From a virus (taxonomy: Duplodnaviria; Caudoviricetes): a stretch of 64,000 bases of DNA. Location of the stretch: positions 1-64,000 of IMG/VR virus record IMGVR_UViG_3300034062_004592; one strand, written 5' to 3'. The notes under the pieces are model-generated. The model ran no database searches. It saw nothing but the letters and a program-made list of their open reading frames with translations, and was not told where the DNA came from. Shown here in pieces: positions 18,488 through 26,094 of this stretch (position 1 is the first letter of the stretch; the number at the start of each line of letters is the position of its first letter). Position numbers and translations under genes: made by a program.

Positions 18488-18679
18488 ATGCGTTACCAAT
18501 TCCCTAATGCAGCCACAATTATTTGTGTTGCAGCATTGATCATTGGTGTAGGCACACAAGTGTCAGTGCATCAACTTGAAAAGGCAACAGCACAGCAATG
18601 TGCTAACCACGATTGGCCTAAGGAAGCACACGAGGTTCACATGGCCTGGTGTGCAGCCAATCAGTATCCAACCAACTGA
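18488..18679 (+). CDS. small membrane protein
   Basis: N-terminal TM; QCANHDWP..H..HMAWC..NQY motif. Confidence 0.65.
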   Translation: MRYQFPNAATIICVAALIIGVGTQVSVHQLEKATAQQCANHDWPKEAHEVHMAWCAANQYPTN

Positions 18680-18750
18680 GTACCAGGCGTGAGCCGGGGG
18701 ATCGAATCCCCCACTTAGTTATTGCCCAGCACGTAGGGATGGGCTCCTAC
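18674..18750 (+). ncRNA. tRNA-like minihelix plus pseudoknot leader element, copy 2
   Basis: AACTGAGT/ACTTAGTT-A, T-arm GGGGG-ATCGAAT-CCCCC, then the identical 30-nt ATTGCCCAGCACGTAGGGATGGGCTCCTAC. Confidence 0.6.
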
Positions 18751-18766
18751 GCAACTCAGTTCAACC

Positions 18767-18925
18767 ATGGCTATTCGTAAGACTCTTGCTCAACAATTCT
18801 CTAAGGCTGCCAAGGCTTTGGAGAATGACAAGAGCAAGGAACGACTGGGCGCAGCAGTAATTGTTGCACGTGTGGCTTTGGCTAACACGATCATGCCCAA
18901 GAAGTTTAACTACCCAACCAGGTGA
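18767..18925 (+). CDS. early hypothetical protein (52 aa)
   Basis: Read by hand: MAIRKTLAQQFSKAAKALENDKSKERLGAAVIVARVALANTIMPKKFNYPTR. Confidence 0.6.
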   Translation: MAIRKTLAQQFSKAAKALENDKSKERLGAAVIVARVALANTIMPKKFNYPTR

Positions 18926-18944
18926 GTAATAGCTCCCAAGCCAG

Positions 18945-19031
18945 GTGCAATACGATGCTTACTGTGATCTCTACCCGAATGCTTGGATAGAGATTGTAAG
19001 CAAGGGAGACTACGATTCAGTAGTCAAATAG
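18945..19031 (+). pseudogene. 3' remnant of a gene fused to a truncated tRNA-like element
   Basis: Frame reads (V)QYDAYCDLYPNAWIEIVSKGDYDSVVK*, starting inside the broken T-loop of element copy 3. Confidence 0.4.
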
Positions 19032-19070
19032 CTTACTGATCAACTTACTAACTTACCACTAGGAGACACA

Positions 19071-19283
19071 ATGACTTACACATTCGATCAACTCAAGGAA
19101 GCACTTAATGAGTGCACATCATATGACCTTCAACCTTATTCTGATAGTAAAGAGTCTGGTTATTTACTCATTGATCCATTCAGTGATATAGTTGGCTACC
19201 CATTCTTTGATCTTGATGATGTCGCTGATTACATCATAATCAACGATCAGGTAGCTGACTACCTAACACAACTAGACAACTGA
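19071..19283 (+). CDS. acidic hypothetical protein
   Basis: 70 aa; AGGAG SD. Confidence 0.65.
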   Translation: MTYTFDQLKEALNECTSYDLQPYSDSKESGYLLIDPFSDIVGYPFFDLDDVADYIIINDQVADYLTQLDN

Positions 19284-19284
19284 C

Positions 19285-19333
19285 GTTTGCACTAAGGGGC
19301 TACGGCCCTTTTCTGCAGACCTCATTGTCTGCA
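19285..19333 (+). promoter_or_regulatory. RNase III-type hairpin with alternative 3' hairpin, copy 1
   Basis: GTTTGCA..AAGGGGC-TACG-GCCCTTT..TGCAGAC; TGCAGAC can instead pair with downstream GTCTGCA. Confidence 0.55.
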
Positions 19334-19358
19334 TTCAATTCACACCACTTGGATTCAC

Positions 19359-19598
19359 ATGACTCCTAAAGCTGTTGAACATTTACTCACGCAGGACGCT
19401 CGCCTGCTTGCACGTCGAGACGCCCCTGTCATTGACCAAGATCTTGAGCAGCAGCGTCAAGCTGCACTCGAAATCTTTTTCCAATGGCAAGATGGGGCGC
19501 GTGAGTTCCAAGATCTTATGCCGTTCTGCGTGGTACTCCAACGCCAGGTAAATCTCAACCGAGATCTGCTACGTTGGGAACGCCAGAACGCAGACTGA
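19359..19598 (+). CDS. hypothetical protein
   Basis: 79-aa ORF between structured spacers. Confidence 0.6.
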   Translation: MTPKAVEHLLTQDARLLARRDAPVIDQDLEQQRQAALEIFFQWQDGAREFQDLMPFCVVLQRQVNLNRDLLRWERQNAD

Positions 19599-19599
19599 C

Positions 19600-19671
19600 T
19601 TCTGTACTTAACCTTCCGTTGATACGAATTCGTATCGGCGGTAGGTTTTCTACAGGACTCAACATCCTGTA
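19600..19671 (+). promoter_or_regulatory. RNase III-type hairpin with alternative 3' hairpin, copy 2
   Basis: TTCTGTA..AACCT..GATACGAATTCGTATC..AGGTT..TACAGGA; alternative TACAGGA-CTCAACA-TCCTGTA. Confidence 0.55.
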
Positions 19672-19692
19672 TCCCATTGTCAATTCAACACC

Positions 19693-20073
19693 ATGCTGAG
19701 CAACACCATCATCGGCAACATCACTTACATGGAGAAAGCTGTGCATGAGGGTCGCGAGTTCCTTGCGATCACCATGGCAGTTAACGACATGTACGAAGGT
19801 GCTTGCCGAGTCCGGTTCAACAACTCCAACGGGTTGTTGACTGCATACAACAACAGCACACTCGTTGTTGGACACCAGCTCATCCTCGGTCAATATGACG
19901 TGCGCATCAGCAGCATTCGTACGCACTACCTAAAAGATGGACTGATGCATCAACTCAAGTATCCTGAGCTTGCACTTACTCGAGTGAGGGCTATCATCGG
20001 TGCTGCACCCAGGCCCAAGCCTGAGGTTGTAGCACCAACTGTCGAACCAACTCTCGAAGAGATTGCATTCTGA
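19693..20073 (+). CDS. OB-fold/SSB-like protein
   Basis: NTIIGNI start, beta-rich core, Pro linker and acidic-aromatic C-terminus LEEIAF. Confidence 0.45.
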   Translation: MLSNTIIGNITYMEKAVHEGREFLAITMAVNDMYEGACRVRFNNSNGLLTAYNNSTLVVGHQLILGQYDVRISSIRTHYLKDGLMHQLKYPELALTRVRAIIGAAPRPKPEVVAPTVEPTLEEIAF

Positions 20074-20074
20074 C

Positions 20075-20131
20075 TCCTGCATCAAGGGCCTTGGGTTACC
20101 GGGGCCTTTCTTGCAGGACTCAACATCCTGT
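20075..20131 (+). promoter_or_regulatory. RNase III-type hairpin with alternative 3' hairpin, copy 3
   Basis: TCCTGCA..AAGGGCCTTGG-GTTA-CCGGGGCCTTT..TGCAGGA; alternative CAGGA-CTCAACA-TCCTG. Confidence 0.55.
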
Positions 20132-20156
20132 TCAACATTTACCCAACATCTCAACC

Positions 20157-20465
20157 ATGCCAGTCACTATTGATCACAAAGAACTTCAAGATGCACTGGA
20201 AGAGTTTAATATTCGTCCGGCAGATTACTATCTGTCGTTTGACACCAATGTTCTTTACCTCGTTTGGTGTACAAACGGCGCTAATGCCGTTCGTCTCGTA
20301 CACAACAACGGGTGTATAGACATTGAAATCAAAGGCGTATGGCATGAGGAAATTCCTGAAGGTTACATCCTTCCTTCATACGCATGCGTACGTTACATCC
20401 TTGCCGGTGCCGTACTTGGCATCGACATCACCTCACCTAACACCACTACACAACAACTGACATGA
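20157..20465 (+). CDS. hypothetical protein
   Basis: ATG at 20157 after the CTCAACC leader; C-terminus duplicated in the next gene. Confidence 0.55.
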   Translation: MPVTIDHKELQDALEEFNIRPADYYLSFDTNVLYLVWCTNGANAVRLVHNNGCIDIEIKGVWHEEIPEGYILPSYACVRYILAGAVLGIDITSPNTTTQQLT

Positions 20466-20631
20466 AACAAATCATTCCCCTCGGCAAAGGCCGATTTGTC
20501 CACGTTGATTCTTACGGTGCGTCTCATGAGACACGCCGTGGATCAATTATTGTGGCAGCCTTTGCTATGCTCATCTCAGCACTCACTGTCGGTGCCGTAC
20601 TTGGCATCGACATCACCTCACCCAACACCAC
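20405..20631 (+). repeat. 42-bp direct repeat (20405-20446 and 20590-20631, one mismatch)
   Basis: CGGTGCCGTACTTGGCATCGACATCACCTCACC(T/C)AACACCAC. Confidence 0.9.
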
Positions 20632-20665
20632 ACAACATGGCTATCCACATCGCACTGATCGTTGA
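20462..20665 (+). CDS. small membrane protein
   Basis: TM segment IIVAAFAMLISALTVGAVLGI. Confidence 0.6.
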   Translation: MKQIIPLGKGRFVHVDSYGASHETRRGSIIVAAFAMLISALTVGAVLGIDITSPNTTQHGYPHRTDR

Positions 20666-20861
20666 CCGCACCGGTCGCTATGCCCACGTTTGGGGCGAAG
20701 CTCCAAGCTGGAGTAAGTTTTCCGACCAGCTCGAAGACCTTGGCGCAGAGGTGGTAGAAGAACAAACAGACGACTGGGAAGGCAGTACTAAAGATGAGAT
20801 CGCTGAAGATTGCGTGGCAATTAACCAGCTTCTCAGCGGTACGGACTTCTTGCCCCATTGA
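20637..20861 (+). CDS. acidic hypothetical protein
   Basis: ATG at 20637 (MAIHIALIVDRTGRY...). Confidence 0.55.
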   Translation: MAIHIALIVDRTGRYAHVWGEAPSWSKFSDQLEDLGAEVVEEQTDDWEGSTKDEIAEDCVAINQLLSGTDFLPH

Positions 20862-20947
20862 TAGCGTCAACAGAACAGACCACACCACACCTGGTACTTG
20901 TCATCTGATAGGTACCAGGTACTCTATGCAAGCAACCAACTCAAACC

Positions 20948-21397
20948 ATGGAAGCACTCAGCCAACTGGACGTTCAAGCCCCTGATCACGTCAGTGTGAT
21001 TACAAGGGAAGGCAAGGTCACCATCTCCGTCGTCAAAGACGGAACATCAGTGACCCTTGGGTTCCCCATCAAAACTACAGGGCTTGATACAACCCCCAGA
21101 CCCCCGCTTCAGCCACCAGCACCAAAAGTAATGGCTGTTAAGACCCAGCATTCCACTGCAGTGCAGCTGGAAACATCTTATCTTTCTTTGAAAGGTAAGC
21201 ACTCTCCCGTTGGCAACTGTAAGTTGACACCACAGCAGGTACGTCAAATCAAACTGATACTGACCGATGAACGGTTCATGAAAGCATTTGGTTCTAGGCA
21301 ACAAGCTTACGAAGCAATTGCTGCTAAGTTCAACGTCAGTTACCACACAATCTCCAACATCCACAAGGGACTTGCTTGGAGGAACGTAAGTATCTAA
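20948..21397 (+). CDS. HTH DNA-binding protein
   Basis: C-terminal KLTPQQVRQIK...IAAKFNVSYHTISNIHKGLAW, an HTH of the type found on HNH endonucleases. Confidence 0.65.
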   Translation: MEALSQLDVQAPDHVSVITREGKVTISVVKDGTSVTLGFPIKTTGLDTTPRPPLQPPAPKVMAVKTQHSTAVQLETSYLSLKGKHSPVGNCKLTPQQVRQIKLILTDERFMKAFGSRQQAYEAIAAKFNVSYHTISNIHKGLAWRNVSI

Positions 21398-21426
21398 CAC
21401 CGCAGTAGTATATTTGTACTACGAAT

Positions 21427-21454
21427 GGACCTGAGTAAGTCCTTAAACTGCTCA
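21427..21454 (+). ncRNA. H-type pseudoknot leader motif
   Basis: GGAC-CTGAGTAA-GTCC-TTAAAC-TGCTCA. Confidence 0.65.
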
Positions 21455-21476
21455 ACACACCACTGCAACTCACACG

Positions 21477-21674
21477 ATGAAAGACCCTGACTTCATTGAT
21501 GAACAACGCAATGCCGATGCCCTTGACGCAATGGCTGATCGTATATACGAATTGGAAGAAGCCATGCGTGAAGCAGAGCAAGATGGTTGGACAGGCGTTT
21601 TCAATGATGAGATATCAAATGAAGAACGCTACGCATGTGACCATTACAACGAGAGGTATGTAATCAATGACTGA
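21477..21674 (+). CDS. acidic hypothetical protein
   Basis: 65-aa ORF after the pseudoknot. Confidence 0.6.
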   Translation: MKDPDFIDEQRNADALDAMADRIYELEEAMREAEQDGWTGVFNDEISNEERYACDHYNERYVIND

Positions 21675-21965
21675 ACCGCTCTCCCCCGCCGCGCAGGCGG
21701 TGCTGGATGCGTATAAGAACGCTCCAGATTTGATGCTTGACGGTGATCCTGACGAAGTGGAACGGCGCCTTGGCCTTGCCGCCGCCCTGCGGGTTGCTGC
21801 TGATCAGGTAGCACCCGATGGCTATGCCTCATTTACTGGCGACATCGATTGGGACCAAGGAATGGAAGCAAGAAGTGACTCAATCCGTGAGGCAATCCTC
21901 GCCATCGCCGCCGAGCTGGAGGTACGCATGTGACCATTACAACGAGAGGTATGTAATCAATGACT
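21630..21965 (+). repeat. 43-bp perfect direct repeat (21630-21672 and 21923-21965) flanking a cassette gene
   Basis: TACGCATGTGACCATTACAACGAGAGGTATGTAATCAATGACT. Confidence 0.95.
21667..21933 (+). CDS. LSPAAQAVLDA-family cassette protein A1
   Basis: Constant blocks LSPAAQAVLDA / AAALRVAADQV / LAIAAELE. Confidence 0.7.
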   Translation: MTEPLSPAAQAVLDAYKNAPDLMLDGDPDEVERRLGLAAALRVAADQVAPDGYASFTGDIDWDQGMEARSDSIREAILAIAAELEVRM

Positions 21966-22439
21966 ACCACTAAACAAATCTGGGATGAAGACCCAGTGCT
22001 ACTGGCTATTGTCCTGGTATCAATCACAGTCACACTCATTGGAGACTTCATTAAATGCCTACTGCAAATTCATTTGCCAAGACAGAAACAGCTCGTCGTT
22101 GGATCAGTCATTACAACTGGTCAACAGAGTTTGAAGACAAGGAACCAACCACGATCACGCTCCACGAATGCAGCCTGCATTACGGTGGACCAGAAGAAGG
22201 CGGATGGTATTACGAATCAGGCTGGCCCATCAAAACAGTCTGTGTCTTCTCCAAGAAGCAAGCCATCCGCGAAGCAATCGCACTCGAAGAGTACGCACTC
22301 GAAACGTACGGCGACAAGAAGGACTACCTCGGATGGCCTCAATGGCGCGTTAGTTTCTCAGACGAGTACGCCAAAGCGTACCCCAAAGAACGTCCGTACT
22401 ATTGCTGATGTCAAATCAACTGGACCTGCCAAAGCTTGA
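21960..22439 (+). CDS. TM-anchored hypothetical protein overlapping 22055..22408
   Basis: ATG within the repeat; N-terminal TM VLLAIVLVSITVTLIG; the rest is in an overlapping frame. Confidence 0.4.
   Translation: MTTTKQIWDEDPVLLAIVLVSITVTLIGDFIKCLLQIHLPRQKQLVVGSVITTGQQSLKTRNQPRSRSTNAACITVDQKKADGITNQAGPSKQSVSSPRSKPSAKQSHSKSTHSKRTATRRTTSDGLNGALVSQTSTPKRTPKNVRTIADVKSTGPAKA
22055..22408 (+). CDS. hypothetical phage protein
   Basis: YGGPEEGGWYY and YPKERPYYC motifs common in small phage proteins. Confidence 0.7.
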   Translation: MPTANSFAKTETARRWISHYNWSTEFEDKEPTTITLHECSLHYGGPEEGGWYYESGWPIKTVCVFSKKQAIREAIALEEYALETYGDKKDYLGWPQWRVSFSDEYAKAYPKERPYYC

Positions 22440-22662
22440 TCCCAAGATTAGGCTGACAATCAACCAACGCAACATCTGGTTTTACTTTCTGAATCACAGG
22501 AAGAAGTACAAGAACTTACCTTGTTATGTACCAAAGCTTCCGATGCAAGAGACCAGGCGTCAAGACTATTACACAGCCTTGGAAAGGTTGGAGCAATACG
22601 GATTGATACGCGTGGACAGAACCAGTCGTAACTACACGGGCTGGATCATGCTTGATCCCTAA
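22402..22662 (+). CDS. winged-HTH-like protein
   Basis: LTINQRNIW...TALERLEQYGLIRV. Confidence 0.55.
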   Translation: MLMSNQLDLPKLDPKIRLTINQRNIWFYFLNHRKKYKNLPCYVPKLPMQETRRQDYYTALERLEQYGLIRVDRTSRNYTGWIMLDP

Positions 22663-22852
22663 GCGCATAACACTAGCGTTATATAAGCTGTCCTTATATC
22701 CCATTCGCTATTTGCGAATAGCGAACAAAGGGTATTGCCAGATAACTACTGGCCTACCCCCCAAACCCCCCGCTGTTCAGTACCAGGGGGGGATCCTTAG
22801 ATATACATACGGTATATCCACTTACTCCCACCATCCATTCATCAACTCAACC

Positions 22853-23152
22853 ATGGAACAATCACAGAGGTATCCAAAGATTGACTGGACCAAGAACGAA
22901 TACTTTCATGTGCAACACGCATTGGAAATCCTCCAACATGTTGTTGATCGTGAATCAAAACGTCACGAGATGAATCAACACCTCACACCCAGCATGCTCA
23001 GCATGTTGGAAGATGAGATCATCCCAATGCTCAGTAACGAACTTGGCTGTGACGATGGGCCAAGCGATTACGAAATCTTTGGTGAACCACCGATGACGGC
23101 AAACGAAATGTACACTGCTGCATGGCGTCAGCACCAAGAGCTTCACTCCTAA
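22853..23152 (+). CDS. hypothetical protein
   Basis: ATG at 22853 after CAACTCAACC; the ORF-track extension to 22652 crosses a palindrome-rich spacer. Confidence 0.6.
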   Translation: MEQSQRYPKIDWTKNEYFHVQHALEILQHVVDRESKRHEMNQHLTPSMLSMLEDEIIPMLSNELGCDDGPSDYEIFGEPPMTANEMYTAAWRQHQELHS

Positions 23153-23174
23153 CCAAACATTAAGAGAATCTGTA

Positions 23175-23207
23175 AGTCTGCCTTGGACTAGCCGTCCAGG
23201 GTAGACT
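23175..23207 (+). promoter_or_regulatory. 14-bp intergenic hairpin (processing site?)
   Basis: AGTCTGCCTTGGAC-TAGCC-GTCCAGGGTAGACT with G-U pairs. Confidence 0.5.
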
Positions 23208-23243
23208 GATCCTGCTTAACTCATTCCGCAAAACACACATCAG

Positions 23244-23447
23244 ATGTCCGACAAACCACGCATTCCCGACGCACTTGACATGCAACGTCTGCATGCCATG
23301 CAGCTTGTTGCCAAAATGAAAGAGTCCGCTGATAAGCATGGCGTTCAATTCATCGGGGGTTTTGTCACCCCCGATGGAGAGAAATTTGTAATGACCAATA
23401 TGGATGAAGATGATCAACGTATGCTCATGCCTGAGGAACTCAAGTGA
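23244..23447 (+). CDS. hypothetical protein
   Basis: 67-aa ORF, coupled to the next gene. Confidence 0.6.
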   Translation: MSDKPRIPDALDMQRLHAMQLVAKMKESADKHGVQFIGGFVTPDGEKFVMTNMDEDDQRMLMPEELK

Positions 23448-23644
23448 CTAAAGACAAATCACCAATCAACTTCGACAAGACAATTGCTGGCTTTAACATA
23501 ACTGAGCACGGCGTTAAGTCTTATACCAAGTCAATTAAACTTGGTCCGTTCCAGGTTACACTTAACGCTCGTGGCTCTGGTGTCAGAGGATCTATCAGTA
23601 TCCCTGGCACAGGCATAAGCAAACGAGGTATCAAACTGTTCTAA
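23444..23644 (+). CDS. DUF4236-like small basic protein
   Basis: KSIKLGPFQVTLN..G...SISIPGTGIS. Confidence 0.6.
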   Translation: MTKDKSPINFDKTIAGFNITEHGVKSYTKSIKLGPFQVTLNARGSGVRGSISIPGTGISKRGIKLF

Positions 23645-23647
23645 TAG

Positions 23648-23681
23648 CTGGGCATCACCACTACGGTGTGTAAGTCCCAGC
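23648..23681 (+). promoter_or_regulatory. intergenic hairpin with internal loop
   Basis: GCTGGG..CACC-ACTAC-GGTG..CCCAGC. Confidence 0.45.
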
Positions 23682-23704
23682 ATTCACCCAGCTTTCAACT
23701 CAAC

Positions 23705-23878
23705 ATGGATTCACTCACACTATTTGATCGCATCAATCTTGCAAAGTGTGCACAGTTGCGGGCAGAAGCTCGCCTTTGTGACAACGACGGATTCCTTGCG
23801 GAGTATACCACTGCACGCATGTGGACTAAGTACCGGTGTTACATCACCAAAACACATTCATTCGTGGAGCCTGACTGA
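23705..23878 (+). CDS. hypothetical protein
   Basis: ATG after CAACTCAAC (MDSLTLFDRINLAKC...). Confidence 0.55.
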   Translation: MDSLTLFDRINLAKCAQLRAEARLCDNDGFLAEYTTARMWTKYRCYITKTHSFVEPD

Positions 23879-24126
23879 TGTCTGTTCTTGCAATCGAATC
23901 AACTATCATCGATGATGACTATGTCACAGTTGAAGCAATTGTTGATGACATGCGTTGCATTTATGCAGCGACTTACTCAAACCCTGCTGAGTATGCTCCG
24001 GCACTTTGCCGAGCTAGTTTCTTCTTGGGTGATGACACCATCCCTACTGATGAAGATGGCTTCTGCCGTTATCTTGACGCATGCCAGCTTGAGTGGGAAC
24101 CCATTGATCTAGGTAACGACGAATGA
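23878..24126 (+). CDS. acidic hypothetical protein
   Basis: 82 aa; PAEYAPALCRASF. Confidence 0.6.
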   Translation: MSVLAIESTIIDDDYVTVEAIVDDMRCIYAATYSNPAEYAPALCRASFFLGDDTIPTDEDGFCRYLDACQLEWEPIDLGNDE

Positions 24127-24300
24127 TTGGATTCTCCATCGAATTTAAACGCTGGTATATTACAGTGCGTGGTCCCATGGGCAGGGTATATCTCTGCGCT
24201 GGGTTTGCCAAACGCCTGCCAGTGTTTGTGTCACCGCAACAATCAATTGCATTTGATGACGACATCAATAATGATGAAGGCCATAGTGTGAAGTAACACT

Positions 24301-24329
24301 ACGTCCTGAGCATGACGTTAAACTGCTCA
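24301..24329 (+). ncRNA. H-type pseudoknot leader motif
   Basis: ACGTC-CTGAGCAT-GACGT-TAAAC-TGCTCA. Confidence 0.7.
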
Positions 24330-24357
24330 TCACTACGAACTCAACCCTGAACTTACC

Positions 24358-26094
24358 ATGGAATTTCGTCTTCCGACCAATCTTCAGAACGAACTTATCC
24401 CTTACGATCCAACGCTCAAGAAGTTGGCACGTACTGAAAAGCAAACCAACACAACTACTAAGAAATCTAAATACCCACTTGGCAATCCACCACAGTTGAT
24501 GCCATTGGATATTGTAAGAGAATCACTACAGCAAGAAGCAATTGATGTTATCAATGCATCAGCTGCTCCTGATAGGCACCACGAATTCAAGTTGCCTGTC
24601 GGTAACATTCCCAATGTAGAGTACGTTGTCCATGCAGTAATGTACCACTACGAAGGCGTATGGGTAGCAGCATGGCTGCCACCTAAAGGCAAGGAGAATG
24701 ACTATGTATACGGCTACACTTACTGCTTCAAGGACACAGCCGCCACTCGTAAGATGCTGGATTACCAGGTTAAAAATCACCTGGAACAATACACCATATC
24801 AGAAATTGGTCGCTCTACTTATTACCACAAGACTGAATTGGTTACCAAGCAAGACATCATTGATGGTAATGATAAAGCCCACTGGATGTATAACACCAAC
24901 AGCTGGAGCGCAAAGGGTAGAAACATTTCAGCAATGTTAGGACTCTTTAGGGATGCACTTAAGAAAACAATTCCAACCTGGTCAGACGGTCGTGGAATAT
25001 TTGATCGCATCAAAACTTCTCGTAACCTATACAACTTGCTTAGTGAAGATCGTGACTTAGATCGTAACTACTGGATCAAATACGAAAAAGATTTTGAGCA
25101 AACTAAAAAACAATGGTCTGCATCAGTTGCATCTTTGTTCCACATAATTGATTACCATGCAAATGTCCCTCACTATAATCCGTTTGCTCCATTTGTGCGC
25201 GTTCGTCACATCCTTGATAAACCATTCTTCCGCAAGTGGATCCAAGATAAATGTAATGAGATCAATACAAAGTACCAAGATGAATCAGTAGACACTATGG
25301 CTACAATCCGCAGGCCTTGGTTGTTAATCAAAGAGTTTGTTAAAGGTATTGCTTATGTCCATTCAATCTGGGGTGATGCAGTTCCACTGGATTACTACCA
25401 ATCAAACATCGATAACTTGATGGGCATTGAAGTCTGGGGCACTGTACCAACAATTGTTGTTCCGTGGCTAACTGAACATATGCCAGTTGCTTCATTCTTC
25501 CAAATGCGTAGTAAATACTACTTGGAACAGAAGGCTGCTCCACAACGTAGTTATGACTATGAAGAAAAACTTGGTATGTCTAAGTACCGATTCCGTGAAT
25601 GGGAAGATACATGCAGCATGCTTAATCAAATCCTCAGTAACGACAAAACAATTGATCCACCTAAGCGTTGGCGCATCACTGAATTCCATGACCATGTGCA
25701 AGCAGAAGCATGGAAAATTCAGAATCCCAATCACAAACTTCCACAAGATCTATTCCCTGCACCAATCAAGGTGCAGCACGCTGATCAGAACTGGTCATTC
25801 TTCCAGCCATTTGACACCCATCAACTGGCACAGTGGGGCCAGGCCGTACGTAACTGCGTAGGTAACGCCAGCAGTTATGCCGAAGGTGTACGCAAGAAAC
25901 AACACTTCATTGTGTTGTGTATGGTCGATGGTGCACCACGCTTTACCATCCAACTTGAAGTCAACATGGGACTCATGAGTGTCAAACAGATTGTTGGGAT
26001 GCACAACTCCAGGCTGACGGAGGCAGATCGTGATCTGTATTCGGCAGCTTTCCGTCAGGCCTTGCAATCCCGCGAGGAACAGCTTAAGATCTGA
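24358..26094 (+). CDS. PcfJ-domain protein
   Basis: C-terminal EFHD...QLAQWGQAVRNCVG..Y...FTIQL..QIVGMHN. Confidence 0.65.
   Translation: MEFRLPTNLQNELIPYDPTLKKLARTEKQTNTTTKKSKYPLGNPPQLMPLDIVRESLQQEAIDVINASAAPDRHHEFKLPVGNIPNVEYVVHAVMYHYEGVWVAAWLPPKGKENDYVYGYTYCFKDTAATRKMLDYQVKNHLEQYTISEIGRSTYYHKTELVTKQDIIDGNDKAHWMYNTNSWSAKGRNISAMLGLFRDALKKTIPTWSDGRGIFDRIKTSRNLYNLLSEDRDLDRNYWIKYEKDFEQTKKQWSASVASLFHIIDYHANVPHYNPFAPFVRVRHILDKPFFRKWIQDKCNEINTKYQDESVDTMATIRRPWLLIKEFVKGIAYVHSIWGDAVPLDYYQSNIDNLMGIEVWGTVPTIVVPWLTEHMPVASFFQMRSKYYLEQKAAPQRSYDYEEKLGMSKYRFREWEDTCSMLNQILSNDKTIDPPKRWRITEFHDHVQAEAWKIQNPNHKLPQDLFPAPIKVQHADQNWSFFQPFDTHQLAQWGQAVRNCVGNASSYAEGVRKKQHFIVLCMVDGAPRFTIQLEVNMGLMSVKQIVGMHNSRLTEADRDLYSAAFRQALQSREEQLKI

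Noticed and set aside
18394-18750. Calling the T-arm elements real tRNA genes or a CRISPR array
   Set aside because: There are no D or anticodon arms and no CCA; only two 30-nt repeats, separated by a whole gene; no cas genes
22652-22852. N-terminal extension of ORF 22652..23152
   Set aside because: It crosses a palindrome-rich spacer; ATG 22853 has the phage's typical CAACTCAACC leader
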